A stretch of DNA of 64,000 nt from a bacterium (GTDB lineage Bacteria > Patescibacteriota > Patescibacteriia > UBA2196), in NCBI GenBank assembly GCA_035387885.1, contig DAOOOW010000002.1, forward strand, positions 7,869-71,868. Direction: 5' to 3'. Both the position numbers and the translations under genes were made by a program. A model generated the notes under the pieces. The model was not told the DNA's origin, did not search any database, and saw only the letters and a program-made list of their open reading frames with translations. Shown in pieces: positions 53,555 to 63,344 of this stretch. Position 1 is the first letter of the stretch. Every line of letters starts with the position of its first letter.

Positions 53555-53673
53555 TTTTTTATAATATAAATTAACTTGTGGGAGATTCGCCAGTCCCGAA
53601 TCGCTACAACCACAAAATTATTACATTTTTTATTCGCATAATTCGCACGAAATTTGTAATAATTCGTAATAAA

Positions 53674-54348
53674 ATGAAAAAATCCAAACGCATGTTAGAA
53701 GCAGAATCTAAAATTGATAAAAATAAATTTTATTCTTTAGACGAAGCTCTAACTTTAATTAAAGAAGTTTCCAAAACCAAGTTTGACGAATCTGTGGAAG
53801 CTCATATCAGACTTGGTATTGATCCCTCTAAGGGCGAACAACAAATTAGAGCCAATGTGGTTTTACCTCATGGCGCTGGCAAAGTGAAAAGAGTGGCAGT
53901 GTTTACTGAAAACGAAAAGGAAGCAATTGATGCTGGCGCGGATATTTATGGCGGTAAAGAATTGATTGAAAAAATTAAAAATACTGGGGTGATTGAATTT
54001 GATATTGCTTTGGCTTCACCAGAAATTATGAAAGACATGGCTAGCATTGCTAAAATTTTAGGTCCCAAAGGTTTAATGCCTAGCCCTAAAAATGAAACTG
54101 TTTCTAAAAATATTAAAAAATCTGTAGAAGAATTGAAAAAAGGAAAAATTACTTTTAAAAACGACGAAACAGCTAATATCCATCAATTTATTGGTAAAGT
54201 TTCTTGGAATTTAGTCAAACTTACAGAAAATTATAATGCTTTTATGGAAGCTTTAAAAAAAGCCAAACCCTCTGGTGTTAAAGGCGCTTATATTACGCAA
54301 ATAGTTCTATGTTCTTCTATGGGGCCTGGGGTTAAGATAATTGTATAG
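53674..54348 (+). CDS. rplA: Ribosomal protein L1
   Basis: An internal Met gives an L1-sized protein (about 224 aa) with FDESVEAHIRLGIDP and LGPKGLMPSPK motifs. Preceded by the AAATTTGTAATAATTCGTAAT box. Confidence 0.92.
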   Translation: MKKSKRMLEAESKIDKNKFYSLDEALTLIKEVSKTKFDESVEAHIRLGIDPSKGEQQIRANVVLPHGAGKVKRVAVFTENEKEAIDAGADIYGGKELIEKIKNTGVIEFDIALASPEIMKDMASIAKILGPKGLMPSPKNETVSKNIKKSVEELKKGKITFKNDETANIHQFIGKVSWNLVKLTENYNAFMEALKKAKPSGVKGAYITQIVLCSSMGPGVKIIV

Positions 54349-54506
54349 ATTTTTAGTTTATCCAGAGCGAGCGAAGTTATACAATAGTATAACGAAGTCC
54401 GAGGGATCCCGCGGAAAAATGATCATTATGATTTTATAATAAAAACACCTTTTAGATGAGGTGTTTTTAAGTTGCTAAAAAACCATAATTTAGGTAAACT
54501 TAAGGT

Positions 54507-55499
54507 ATGAAATTGTCTATTATTATTGTTTCTTGGAATACCCGCGAATTGGTTTTAAAATGTTTAAAATCAATTTTTTCTTATTTAAAAAACATTTCTT
54601 TTGATGTTTATTTAGTTGACAACAATTCCACTGACAGCACAGTTGAAGAAGTTGAAAAATATAAAGCAGAAAATAATTTAGAAAATTTGCATATTATTGC
54701 TAATAAAAAGAATGTGGGTTTTGCTCGGGCTAATAATCAAGCGATAACTCTCTGCTGTCATTCTTATGCCAGTCAGGATCTAGAAATAAAAGAAGGAAAT
54801 TCCTGGATCCCCAATCCTGCCTCATTGGCAGATAAGCAAGTCGGGGATGACAAAAATGGCTATTTTTTATTGCTCAACCCAGACACTGAACTTATTGATG
54901 ATTCTTTAATTAAAATGATAGAATTTGCTAAAACAAACCCGGATATTGTTATTGTTGGACCCAAACTTTTAAATATAGATTTAAGTTTACAAAAATCTTG
55001 TCGCCAGTTTCCCAAACTTTTAGATCAGCTTTTAATTCAATTAAAATTTTATAATTTTTGGCCTGAAAAATTTAAAGCTACGCGCGAATATTTTATGTTA
55101 GATTTTGATTATGATAGTAGTGGGGAAGTGGAGCAAGTTATGGGGGCAGCCATGCTTATTAAAAAAAGTGTTTTTGATAAAATTGGTTTATTAGATGAAA
55201 ATTTCTGGGCGATTTTTGAAGAGGTAGATTTTTGTCAACGAGCTAAAGATGTTGGTTATAAAATTTATTATTTTGCGAACACTAAAATTGTTCATCATAA
55301 AGAGCAAAGTTTTGGGCAGTGGAAAAAACTGCGTAAGCAAATAAATTTTAATCATTCGCTATATTATTATTTTAAAAAACACAAACCCATTTGGCAGTTA
55401 TTTATTCTCTGGCTGGTCCAGCCAATAAATTTATTTTTAACTTTAGTGGATATGTTAATTGGCGTTAGACATTTTTTTGGTAAAAGTAAGGATTTGTAA
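54507..55499 (+). CDS. Glycosyltransferase family 2 (rhamnosyltransferase-like) with a repeat insertion of about 97 bp
   Basis: LSIIIVSWNTRELVLKCLKSI ... VDNNSTDST ... DxD region. The TGTCATTC...GGGGATGACAA element at 54756-54852 encodes HSYASQDLEIKEGNSWIPNPASLADKQVGDDK. Confidence 0.75.
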   Translation: MKLSIIIVSWNTRELVLKCLKSIFSYLKNISFDVYLVDNNSTDSTVEEVEKYKAENNLENLHIIANKKNVGFARANNQAITLCCHSYASQDLEIKEGNSWIPNPASLADKQVGDDKNGYFLLLNPDTELIDDSLIKMIEFAKTNPDIVIVGPKLLNIDLSLQKSCRQFPKLLDQLLIQLKFYNFWPEKFKATREYFMLDFDYDSSGEVEQVMGAAMLIKKSVFDKIGLLDENFWAIFEEVDFCQRAKDVGYKIYYFANTKIVHHKEQSFGQWKKLRKQINFNHSLYYYFKKHKPIWQLFILWLVQPINLFLTLVDMLIGVRHFFGKSKDL

Positions 55500-55537
55500 A
55501 ATATTTATTAATAATCATTTATTAAGAGCATCCTTTT

Positions 55538-55685
55538 TACTGTCATTCCCGACCGCCTTCCCGATAGCAATCGGGAGGCGGATCGGGAATCCCGTTGATT
55601 ACAGAAAAAAGTTTGTGTTTATATTCACGAGATCCCCGCTCTGAGAGCCTAATCGGCAGTGCCGGCGGGGATGACAACTAGGGGG
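55538..55685 (+). repeat. Composite palindromic repeat (TGTCATTCCCGACCGCCTTCCCGATAGCAATCGGGAGGCGGATCGGGAATCCC, then GAGATCCCCGCTCTGAGAGCCTAATCGGCAGTGCCGGCGGGGATGACAA)
   Basis: The second module is near-identical to 41530-41578. Confidence 0.65.
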
Positions 55686-55714
55686 GCGAAAGCCATAAAA
55701 CTAGAAAATAAAAA

Positions 55715-55768
55715 ACCCCGAACATTTGTGCACCGTTTGTGTTTAGATGTTCGGGGTAAAGTTTTTTA
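55715..55768 (+). terminator. Terminator-like long hairpin
   Basis: ACCCCGAACAT ... ATGTTCGGGGT (11-bp stem, 20-nt loop) followed by TTTTTT. Confidence 0.5.
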
Positions 55769-56070
55769 CACTTTTATTTTTTTTGGGAATGCAAAAATGT
55801 TTCTTTGGATATTTGGGAAAAAGAAAGAACTGTTGCGTTATTGGGTTTTGTATCCCCAGATAAATTTCTTATAATCATCAGTTCCACTTCTTTTAGAGGA
55901 AAAAATTCTCTATTTGTTTGAAATGTGTAATTGCCGAAAGTTAAATTATTATTATTTGAATAAGTGGCAAGAAAAGAACAAAACCAATAGGTTTCCATAA
56001 ATAATTTCTCCAGTATTTTAATTTTTTGTGAATTTATGTACCTAAAATTTAGCATATTATTATTATTATT

Positions 56071-57834
56071 ATGTCAAGTTTTATTAGTAAAAAATATTTT
56101 TTCATTACATTTTTTCTGCTAATATTAGCAGAAATTTTTTCATATTTAAGTTGGCAAAATCCGCTAATAAATACAATTTGTTTTAGTCTTATAATTTTAA
56201 TCACCTTAATTATATCTTGGCGCAAATTAGAATATGGTTTTTATATTTTATTTGCCGAATTGTTTATTGGCTCATTTGGCTATCTCTTTTCTTTAACAAT
56301 TAATGGCTTTCGCGTATCTTTGCGCATGGGAATCTTTGTGGTGGTGATGGCAACTTGGCTATATCGCTATTTAACGCAATTGACAACGCAATTTAACGCC
56401 AACAAAGATTGTCATTCCGACCGAAGGTCGACAAGTGAAACATTGTCGAACGTAGTGGAGGAATCTAAAAATGAGATCCCTCGACTCCGCTTCGCTCCGC
56501 TCGGGATGACAAAAGAAAAAGCGAGGATAACAAAAAAAACAATGGTCACATTTGCTGTTGTAATTATTTGGGCTTTTATCTGGGGCTTAATTCGTGGCAA
56601 TGGATTTAGTAATGTTTTTTTAGATTTTAATAATTGGCTATACTTTTTAATTATTTTGCCAGTATTTGGTGTTCTAAAAAAATATAACCACCCTGGCTCG
56701 TCCAAATTGCCAGAAGGACTCGCCACCCCTCCTTTAAAAGGAGGGGACAGTAAAAATGTTTTTTTTAAAAATATTATTTCAATTCTTTCTGCGGCCGTAA
56801 TAATTATTTTTTTAAAGACATTTTTTTTATTTTATCTTTTTACCCATGGTTTTGCTGACATTGGTTCGGAAATTTATAGATGGGTGCGCGACACGCGCAT
56901 TGGTGAAATTACTCTAATGGGTGGGGGGCTTTATAGAATATTTATTCAATCGCAAATCTATAGTTTGTTGTTATTTTGTATTTTGTTTTTTAAGGGTTGT
57001 CATCCCGAGCGGAGCGAAGCGGAGTCGAGGGATCCCGTAGATAAAAATAAAAAAGAAAACAACCAAAAATTACCTATTACTTATTACCTATTACTTATTA
57101 CCTCTCTTACCACCATTATTCTTAGCCTCTCCAGAAGTTTCTGGCTTGGCTTAACTGTTAGTTTAATTATTTATTTTTTTTACACATTACACATTATTCA
57201 TTACACATTACTTTTCTTTTTTAAATCCTTTTCAAAACTTCTTATAGTTGTTATTATGAGTTTGTGTCTAATTGTGGCCACACTCTATCTGCCGCCAAAA
57301 AAGGATTATGATTTGTCTGTTTTAATTTCTAAGCGAGGCATTTCCAGTAGCGAGCCAGCCAGTTCTTCTAGAATAAGTCAATTAAAACCTTTGCTTTTGG
57401 CCATTAGCCAGCATCCTATAATTGGTTCTGGCTTTGGCACCACTGTAACTTATAAATCCACTGATCCCCGCGCCATTCAAGAATCATTAAACAATTCTGG
57501 TCTTATTAAGACTTACGCTTTTGAGTGGGGATATTTGGACATGATGTTAAAATTTGGTGCACTGGGATTATTTGCTTACCTATATTTAATTTATTTAATA
57601 ATGAAAAGATTGTTGAATTTCCAATTTCCAATTTCCAATTTCCAAACAAATTGCAAATTTAAAATTCAAAATCAAAAACTTGTTAACCATAATTCATTAT
57701 TCATTATTCATTATTCACTTTTCTTTGCCCTGCTTGCCTTGCTCATTGTTAACATTTTTAGCCCCTATTTAAATCATCCCTTGGGCATTGGCTTCCTCAT
57801 TTTAATGCTAATAGTTGCGAATGAGGGCGAATGA
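56071..57834 (+). CDS. O-antigen ligase/polymerase-family (Wzy_C-like) polytopic membrane protein, heavily interrupted in-frame by repeat elements
   Basis: More than ten TM segments. At least six repeat insertions remain in frame: 56409-56516, 56718-56740, 56999-57041, about 57071-57104, 57607-57662, 57690-57722. Confidence 0.5.
   Translation: MSSFISKKYFFITFFLLILAEIFSYLSWQNPLINTICFSLIILITLIISWRKLEYGFYILFAELFIGSFGYLFSLTINGFRVSLRMGIFVVVMATWLYRYLTQLTTQFNANKDCHSDRRSTSETLSNVVEESKNEIPRLRFAPLGMTKEKARITKKTMVTFAVVIIWAFIWGLIRGNGFSNVFLDFNNWLYFLIILPVFGVLKKYNHPGSSKLPEGLATPPLKGGDSKNVFFKNIISILSAAVIIIFLKTFFLFYLFTHGFADIGSEIYRWVRDTRIGEITLMGGGLYRIFIQSQIYSLLLFCILFFKGCHPERSEAESRDPVDKNKKENNQKLPITYYLLLITSLTTIILSLSRSFWLGLTVSLIIYFFYTLHIIHYTLLFFFKSFSKLLIVVIMSLCLIVATLYLPPKKDYDLSVLISKRGISSSEPASSSRISQLKPLLLAISQHPIIGSGFGTTVTYKSTDPRAIQESLNNSGLIKTYAFEWGYLDMMLKFGALGLFAYLYLIYLIMKRLLNFQFPISNFQTNCKFKIQNQKLVNHNSLFIIHYSLFFALLALLIVNIFSPYLNHPLGIGFLILMLIVANEGE
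56470..56516 (+). repeat. 37-bp repeat GATCCCTCGACTCCGCTTCGCTCCGCTCGGGATGACA inside a CDS; exact inverted copy at 56999..57041
   Basis: 56479-56515 is the exact reverse complement of 57002-57038; the two are separated by about 490 bp of coding sequence. Confidence 0.75.
56999..57041 (+). repeat. Inverted copy of the 37-bp repeat (TGTCATCCCGAGCGGAGCGAAGCGGAGTCGAGGGATC)
   Basis: See 56470..56516. Confidence 0.75.
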
Positions 57835-57914
57835 GTACGAATATTTATTCGCAAAATTCGCTTTAAATTTGCAATAATTCGCAGGAAACATTTTTAACTA
57901 TATAAAATATCTGT

Positions 57915-58967
57915 ATGGAAAAAAAATCACCAACATTATCAGTGTGCATCGTAACCTGGAATTCTATGAAATTCATCCAAGATTGTTTGGAATCTATTTT
58001 ACGTCAGCGAGTTTTTTTAGATAACACGCAAGTTGATTGGACTATTAATATTGTGGACAATGGTTCTGAAGATGGCACAGTAGAATTTATTAAAAAAAAT
58101 TATGCGCAAATTAAAATTTTAAAAAATGTTAATAATTTGGGCTTTTGTCGGGCCTATAATCAGGCCATAAAAATGCACAATTCAGATTGGGTTTTACTTC
58201 TAAATGTGGATACAATTTTAGAACAAAATTTTTTTGAAGAGATGTTTAAAGTTATTTTGACCACCGAAGAGAGAATTGGAGCTTTGGGCCCAAAAGTTTT
58301 AAGATCGGAGACTGTCATTGAAGATGGCTTGCCAAAAGTTTTAAAAAGTAATAGACTAGATTCTTGCGGTTTAGAAATTAAAAAATCCAGATTAGTTAGA
58401 AATATTGGTGAGGGTGAGGAAGATAGTGGACAATATGATGATCATGGTGAGTTTTTTGGATTTTCTGGCACAGCTATTTTTTTAAAAAGGGAAGCGTTAG
58501 AAGATGTAAAAATAGGAGAGGAAATTTTGGACGAAGATTTTTTTGCCTATCAAGACGATTTTGATCTTTTTTACAGATTAAGAAATTATGGCTGGCACAA
58601 TTTATTTGTATCTCAAGCCAAAGTTTATCATTTTCGTTCGGCCAAGATGAACATCTTAAAACCTTGGCAATTTTGGCAAATAATTAGAGCCCGTCGTTCT
58701 AAATCTTTATTAATTAATTATCACTCTTATAAGAATCATCTTTGGGCGCTTATTAAAAATGAAACTTGGCTGAATTTTTTATATCACTCACCATATATTT
58801 TTTGGTTAGAATTTAAAAAGTTTATCTTTATTTTATTTTTTGAGCAAAAAACTTTAAAATCTATAAAAATATTTTTTAAATTATTGCCCAAGATGTTATT
58901 TAAAAGAAAAATTATTATGTCTAGAAAAAAAGTAAATCCGCAAGAACTAAGAAAATGGTTTAAATAA
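57915..58967 (+). CDS. Glycosyltransferase family 2
   Basis: LSVCIVTWNSMKFIQDCLESI ... VDNGSEDGT ... LGFCRAYNQAI. Confidence 0.75.
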   Translation: MEKKSPTLSVCIVTWNSMKFIQDCLESILRQRVFLDNTQVDWTINIVDNGSEDGTVEFIKKNYAQIKILKNVNNLGFCRAYNQAIKMHNSDWVLLLNVDTILEQNFFEEMFKVILTTEERIGALGPKVLRSETVIEDGLPKVLKSNRLDSCGLEIKKSRLVRNIGEGEEDSGQYDDHGEFFGFSGTAIFLKREALEDVKIGEEILDEDFFAYQDDFDLFYRLRNYGWHNLFVSQAKVYHFRSAKMNILKPWQFWQIIRARRSKSLLINYHSYKNHLWALIKNETWLNFLYHSPYIFWLEFKKFIFILFFEQKTLKSIKIFFKLLPKMLFKRKIIMSRKKVNPQELRKWFK

Positions 58968-58971
58968 TTTT

Positions 58972-59769
58972 ATGAAATTATCCATTGTGATTTTAAATTA
59001 TAAGACAAAAAATTTGGTTCGAGAATGTTTAACCAACATTCTGGCTTTAAATTTAAAATTAACCCATGAAATTATAGTCGTGGATAATAATTCCCAAGAT
59101 GGCCTGGAAAAAATGATCAGCGAAGAATTTTCAGAAGTTAAATTTTTTCAAACCGGGGAAAATAAGGGTTGTGGCGCTGGCAATAATTGGGGAGTTAAAA
59201 AAGCTTGGGGTGAGTATGTTTTAATTATCAATCCTGATGTTGTTGTTTTGTCAAATTCTATTGAAAAGTTGGTTAATTTTTTAGATAATAATCAGAAGGT
59301 TGGTCTAATCGCCCCGAAATTACTTTATCCCAACAGAGAAGATCAACCTTCAAGATATCGTTTTCCTAAATTTTATATGCCGGTTTTTATTCGCACCGAA
59401 CTTGGTCTTTTGAAAAAAGGTAAAGAAAAAATAGGGAATTATTTTATGGAAGATGTTAAAAATAATACCCCCCAAGCTGTTGATTGGGTTAGGGGGGCCA
59501 GTTTTTTGATGCGTCGTGATTTGTGGCAAAAAATTAATGGTTTTGATGAAAGATATTTTATTTATTTAGAGGACACAGATCTTTGCCGGCGTGTTTGGTT
59601 GGCTGGTTTTGAGGTTTGGTATTTGCCAGAAGCTGAAATGATTCATTATTATTTTCACGAATCTGGTAGTGGAACCTGGAGACGTGATATTTTAAACAGA
59701 TTAACTTGGGTGCACATTGTTTCTTGGTTTAAATATTTTTGGAAATGGCGAGAAATAACTACGAATTAA
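58972..59769 (+). CDS. Glycosyltransferase family 2
   Basis: LSIVILNYKTKNLVRECLTNI ... VDNNSQDG ... GCGAGNNWG ... EDTDLCRR. Confidence 0.75.
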   Translation: MKLSIVILNYKTKNLVRECLTNILALNLKLTHEIIVVDNNSQDGLEKMISEEFSEVKFFQTGENKGCGAGNNWGVKKAWGEYVLIINPDVVVLSNSIEKLVNFLDNNQKVGLIAPKLLYPNREDQPSRYRFPKFYMPVFIRTELGLLKKGKEKIGNYFMEDVKNNTPQAVDWVRGASFLMRRDLWQKINGFDERYFIYLEDTDLCRRVWLAGFEVWYLPEAEMIHYYFHESGSGTWRRDILNRLTWVHIVSWFKYFWKWREITTN

Positions 59770-59823
59770 TAGCGCCTGTCTGCCGATTAGGCAGAAATAA
59801 CACGTTAATTTTTGCGAATAAAA

Positions 59824-59850
59824 AAACGACACCCCGGGGTGTCGTTTTTA
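59824..59850. terminator. Strong bidirectional intrinsic terminator
   Basis: AAAAAACGACACCCC-GGGGTGTCGTTTTT. Confidence 0.7.
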
Positions 59851-59863
59851 AAATTGATTTATT

Positions 59864-60928
59864 TTATTTTAGCAACACTTCTCTTGCTCCTGGTACAATT
59901 TCTAGCCAAATATTACCAGGCTGAAATTTTATTTCTTGACCATCAAAATCGTAAAAAATTGTTCGCTCTTGCGAACTACTTTTTTGCCAATTGCCACGCA
60001 TGAGTTTACCATTAATAAAAATCCAAGCCCGACCTTGGCCAGTATTGGTAACGCTTAAACGATCAGCTGCGTCCAAATGAATTTCTTCTGGAATAAATTG
60101 GATAATTAAATTTTTAACGCTAATTTGTTCTTGGTTATTGGCATCAATTTGCGGGCTTTCATTTTGGAATCTTAAATATTTTTCCGTTGAGGTATTGTAC
60201 GTATATTTGATGTCAAACAAACTACCAGCCGAATAATCAATATTTATTTCGTTTATTGTTTCCACGAATTTTGTTTCGGCTGGATCAAATTGCCAGACTT
60301 GATAAGTTGGCGTGCTAGTAGCTAGATTAAAATATATTTGGGCGGACTTTATTTTTTCACTATCAGTAAAAAGATTATGAGGAGCTGTGTGATTATTATC
60401 ACGATAAAAAAATAAAGTGCCCAAATAACTGATTTCGTTTAAATCTAAAAGAGCTAAAGTATTGATTTTTTCTAAAGCTTCAACCGAACCACCACTGTGG
60501 CCATAAAGAGCATTAATTTCTTTAACCCAATCAAGATAATATGGTCTGGCGCTTCTTATTGGTCCAATTTTTTTAATTTCATCATTATTAGCAAAAACAG
60601 CCATCATTCTAGTTGTGCCTCCTTCTACAAGACAATTATAAACCACTTGAGCTTGGCTAAGACCTGCTTGTGGCCAGGCGTCAGGGTGGTTGTCAATCAT
60701 GAGAGCCACCGGCCAAATTTCTTTTTCTTCTTGAGTGGTGACGCAAACGCCATCTAATTTTCTGTGGAATTGGCAATTTGATTTTATGTTTTTTATTACT
60801 AATGAATTTGTTATGGGAGCTTTTTTATTTATTAGAATATAACCGCTAATCGCCAATAACAAAATAGCCATTAGAGCAATAATGGCCAAAATTATCTTTT
60901 TCTTAAATATTTTTTTTAAAATATTCAT
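59864..60928 (-). CDS. DUF3048-domain lipoprotein/secreted protein (YerB-like)
   Basis: N-terminal TM/signal, then MIDNHPDAWPQAGLSQAQVVYNCLVEGGTTRMMAVF, characteristic of DUF3048. Confidence 0.55.
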   Translation of the reverse strand: MNILKKIFKKKIILAIIALMAILLLAISGYILINKKAPITNSLVIKNIKSNCQFHRKLDGVCVTTQEEKEIWPVALMIDNHPDAWPQAGLSQAQVVYNCLVEGGTTRMMAVFANNDEIKKIGPIRSARPYYLDWVKEINALYGHSGGSVEALEKINTLALLDLNEISYLGTLFFYRDNNHTAPHNLFTDSEKIKSAQIYFNLATSTPTYQVWQFDPAETKFVETINEINIDYSAGSLFDIKYTYNTSTEKYLRFQNESPQIDANNQEQISVKNLIIQFIPEEIHLDAADRLSVTNTGQGRAWIFINGKLMRGNWQKSSSQERTIFYDFDGQEIKFQPGNIWLEIVPGAREVLLK

Positions 60929-60930
60929 TA

Positions 60931-61446
60931 TTATTCAAAAATTTGTAGAGTATAACCATTGCTGGCTGTCTCAGTAAAATTTTTTTCTGGACAAGACCCA
61001 GAACCATGATCTTTGACATTAAGTTCAAAGTTTTTTATTTGCAAAATAGCAAAAGGTCTTTCACAGCCATATGATCCAGCTGGAAATTTTTGATAAAGAT
61101 AATAATAATTTCCTTGATTAAGAGGGTCTTTATTTTTTTTATCAATAATTTTTTCTTGTCGTAGAATGTTTATAAATTCTTCGGTAGAATGTTCGTGGGG
61201 TTCTAAGGAACTATCCCAACCGTCAAAATCATAATCAGTAGATTCTGGCAATGTGTTAAATTTATTTTGGTAGACGTGTAAAGCTGTTTCTAATTGTTTA
61301 ATGTCTATTTTTCTTTTAATATCTCTAACTTTAGAAAATATTCCATCTATATAATTAATACATATAATTGTTAAAATTAAGACCAAAAACCAAGCAAAAA
61401 TTTTGCCGGCTTTATTATCAGAAATTTGTCGACGAGTCAAATCCAT
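60931..61446 (-). CDS. Membrane-anchored protein with pseudopilin (GspG-like) globular domain; lacks a canonical prepilin leader
   Basis: KQLETALHVYQNKFNTLPES...DGWD...DPLNQGNYYY resembles the T2SS/T4P pseudopilin body. The N-terminus is a TM anchor without the G-FTLIE motif. Confidence 0.35.
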   Translation of the reverse strand: MDLTRRQISDNKAGKIFAWFLVLILTIICINYIDGIFSKVRDIKRKIDIKQLETALHVYQNKFNTLPESTDYDFDGWDSSLEPHEHSTEEFINILRQEKIIDKKNKDPLNQGNYYYLYQKFPAGSYGCERPFAILQIKNFELNVKDHGSGSCPEKNFTETASNGYTLQIFE

Positions 61447-61535
61447 TTTTTATAATACAAAATTGCAAAATTTAATGGAAGGGTAGAATTAAAATATTGT
61501 TCCATGCGTCCTCGCATTTTGTATTTTTTGTTGTC

Positions 61536-62207
61536 TTATTTTTTGTTATCTTTTACTTCTTCGGTTTTACTTTCCGCTGTTGCTTTAGGTGTATTAGTTG
61601 TCTCTCCCGTGGTTACAGTTTCCGGTACCAGGGCAACTTCTTTTTTGGGTTCTTCGGCTAACACAATTACTGTTTCTAGATCTGTTAACAAGGTTAAAGA
61701 TGAGGGCATAATTAAGTCTTTAGCCCGAATAATTGAGCCGATTCCTTTTAAAAGACTTAAATCAATATCAAAATGCGAAATTAAATCTCCTGGCAAACAT
61801 TCCACTTCAATCGTATCTAGTGTCTTTACTAAGACCCCGCCAAAATCTTTAACCGCGGGTGATTCATTAATAAAATTAAGTTCAATAGCAGTTTTAATTT
61901 TTTCTTTCATGTTAACCTGATAAAAATCTAAATGATTAATAGTACCCTTAAGAGGATCATGAGCAATATCTTGAATTAAAACTTTAATAGGGGCGTCTTG
62001 ATCGACCACCAAATCAACCAGCTCTGATTCACTGATTTTATTAAGTAATTTTTGTAATTCAATTTCATCGATGGCTAAATTAAGATTGGCAATTTTATGG
62101 CCATAGAGAACAGCTGGAATTAAACCATTATCTCTCAAGTTTTGTAATTTATTACCGATAATTTTTCTCTTTTGAGCCTTTAGTGTAAAAGTTTGTTGCT
62201 GAGTCAT
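61536..62207 (-). CDS. rplY: Ribosomal protein L25 / general stress protein Ctc form
   Basis: N-terminal L25 domain (RNDGLIPAVLYG) plus the C-terminal Ctc extension and an acidic tail. Confidence 0.85.
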   Translation of the reverse strand: MTQQQTFTLKAQKRKIIGNKLQNLRDNGLIPAVLYGHKIANLNLAIDEIELQKLLNKISESELVDLVVDQDAPIKVLIQDIAHDPLKGTINHLDFYQVNMKEKIKTAIELNFINESPAVKDFGGVLVKTLDTIEVECLPGDLISHFDIDLSLLKGIGSIIRAKDLIMPSSLTLLTDLETVIVLAEEPKKEVALVPETVTTGETTNTPKATAESKTEEVKDNKK

Positions 62208-62376
62208 AAGTTTAAATTATTTTTTAGACTATTTAAATAGTAGTCTATTGCTTTAAAAAAGTCAAATTTAAGATAAAAAAATTTATTTACAAAATAGCAA
62301 GGGAGTGCTATATTTTTGGTGTCAGATGGTGTTCTACAAAAAATAAAACAATTACAATTAAAAATAGGGGGTAGTT

Positions 62377-63300
62377 ATGAAAAGATTTTCTTGGCTAGTG
62401 TTAGTTCTTGGTTGTTTAAATTTTAATTGTTCTTGGTTGGAATTTTTTAAACAAACAACAGATAAGGCGGTGATTATCGTTGAAGAAAGTGATTTTGTTC
62501 AAGACAAGAGTAGTCGGCTGGTTTTAATTGGTAATAAATACAAGTTTTTGGAACTTGATTTGAAGATAGAACGCGGAGCACTAGTGTCTGGTTTTGATTT
62601 TATAATAAAAGGCACTGGAGCTGAAGCCGTAGAGTTTGTAACAGTTGGTGGTCAAGTTATTTATCCTCGAAATAATATGGTAGAGTTCAAAAAATTAAAT
62701 ATTAAATCAGGCAAAATTATTTTTTTTATCACCTTTAAACAAGAACCATTATTCTCGGGCACAAATCTCAGATTTTGTTTACAAACGGTATATAAAAAAA
62801 ACACCGCTGGTAAATTAAAAAAATATAATTCTAATATAACTAGCCAGACAATGATTCTGGTAAATGGTTTTCCGCTTATTGAATCAGAAAAAAATTTTTC
62901 TAAAATTGATGCCGGTAAACTGAAAACAGACGAGTTGGTTGTCGGAGTTAATGAAAAAGGTGGGGAGATATATTTAAAAGAAATAATTTGGGCATGTAAA
63001 GTTACGGGAGCCGAGTTGCTTGATGTTTTTTTATCAGATGGTTTTTCTAAGATTAGAGATGAGCGTTATCATAAAAATCAAGCCTCGGCAGATACTTTTA
63101 GATTTAATTTTAATCTGGCACAAAGACAAATGGTTATTTGGCCAAGACAAGTTAAAAAATTTTATTTAGAAATTAAAATTGATTGGTATAATAAAGTTGA
63201 AATAAAAACCCAACCAGTGGAATTGATTTGGAGTGATGGCAGAAAAGAATTTAGTCAAAAAAATTTGGCTAAAGAGCAAATTATTATTTTTAATTGGTGA
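62377..63300 (+). CDS. Hypothetical secreted/lipoprotein
   Basis: Signal peptide with LGC lipobox-like sequence. No recognisable domain. Confidence 0.45.
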   Translation: MKRFSWLVLVLGCLNFNCSWLEFFKQTTDKAVIIVEESDFVQDKSSRLVLIGNKYKFLELDLKIERGALVSGFDFIIKGTGAEAVEFVTVGGQVIYPRNNMVEFKKLNIKSGKIIFFITFKQEPLFSGTNLRFCLQTVYKKNTAGKLKKYNSNITSQTMILVNGFPLIESEKNFSKIDAGKLKTDELVVGVNEKGGEIYLKEIIWACKVTGAELLDVFLSDGFSKIRDERYHKNQASADTFRFNFNLAQRQMVIWPRQVKKFYLEIKIDWYNKVEIKTQPVELIWSDGRKEFSQKNLAKEQIIIFNW

Positions 63301-63344
63301 TTTCTTAAGCAGTGGTTGTCTAAAACAGCCACTGCTTTTTTTGA

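Noticed and set aside
55459-56055. Three short ORFs (55459..55644 +, 55659..55874 +, 55774..56055 -) between the GT2 and O-antigen-ligase-like genes
   Set aside because: They are composed largely of the palindromic repeat modules and a long terminator hairpin, so their reading frames are by-products of the repeats.
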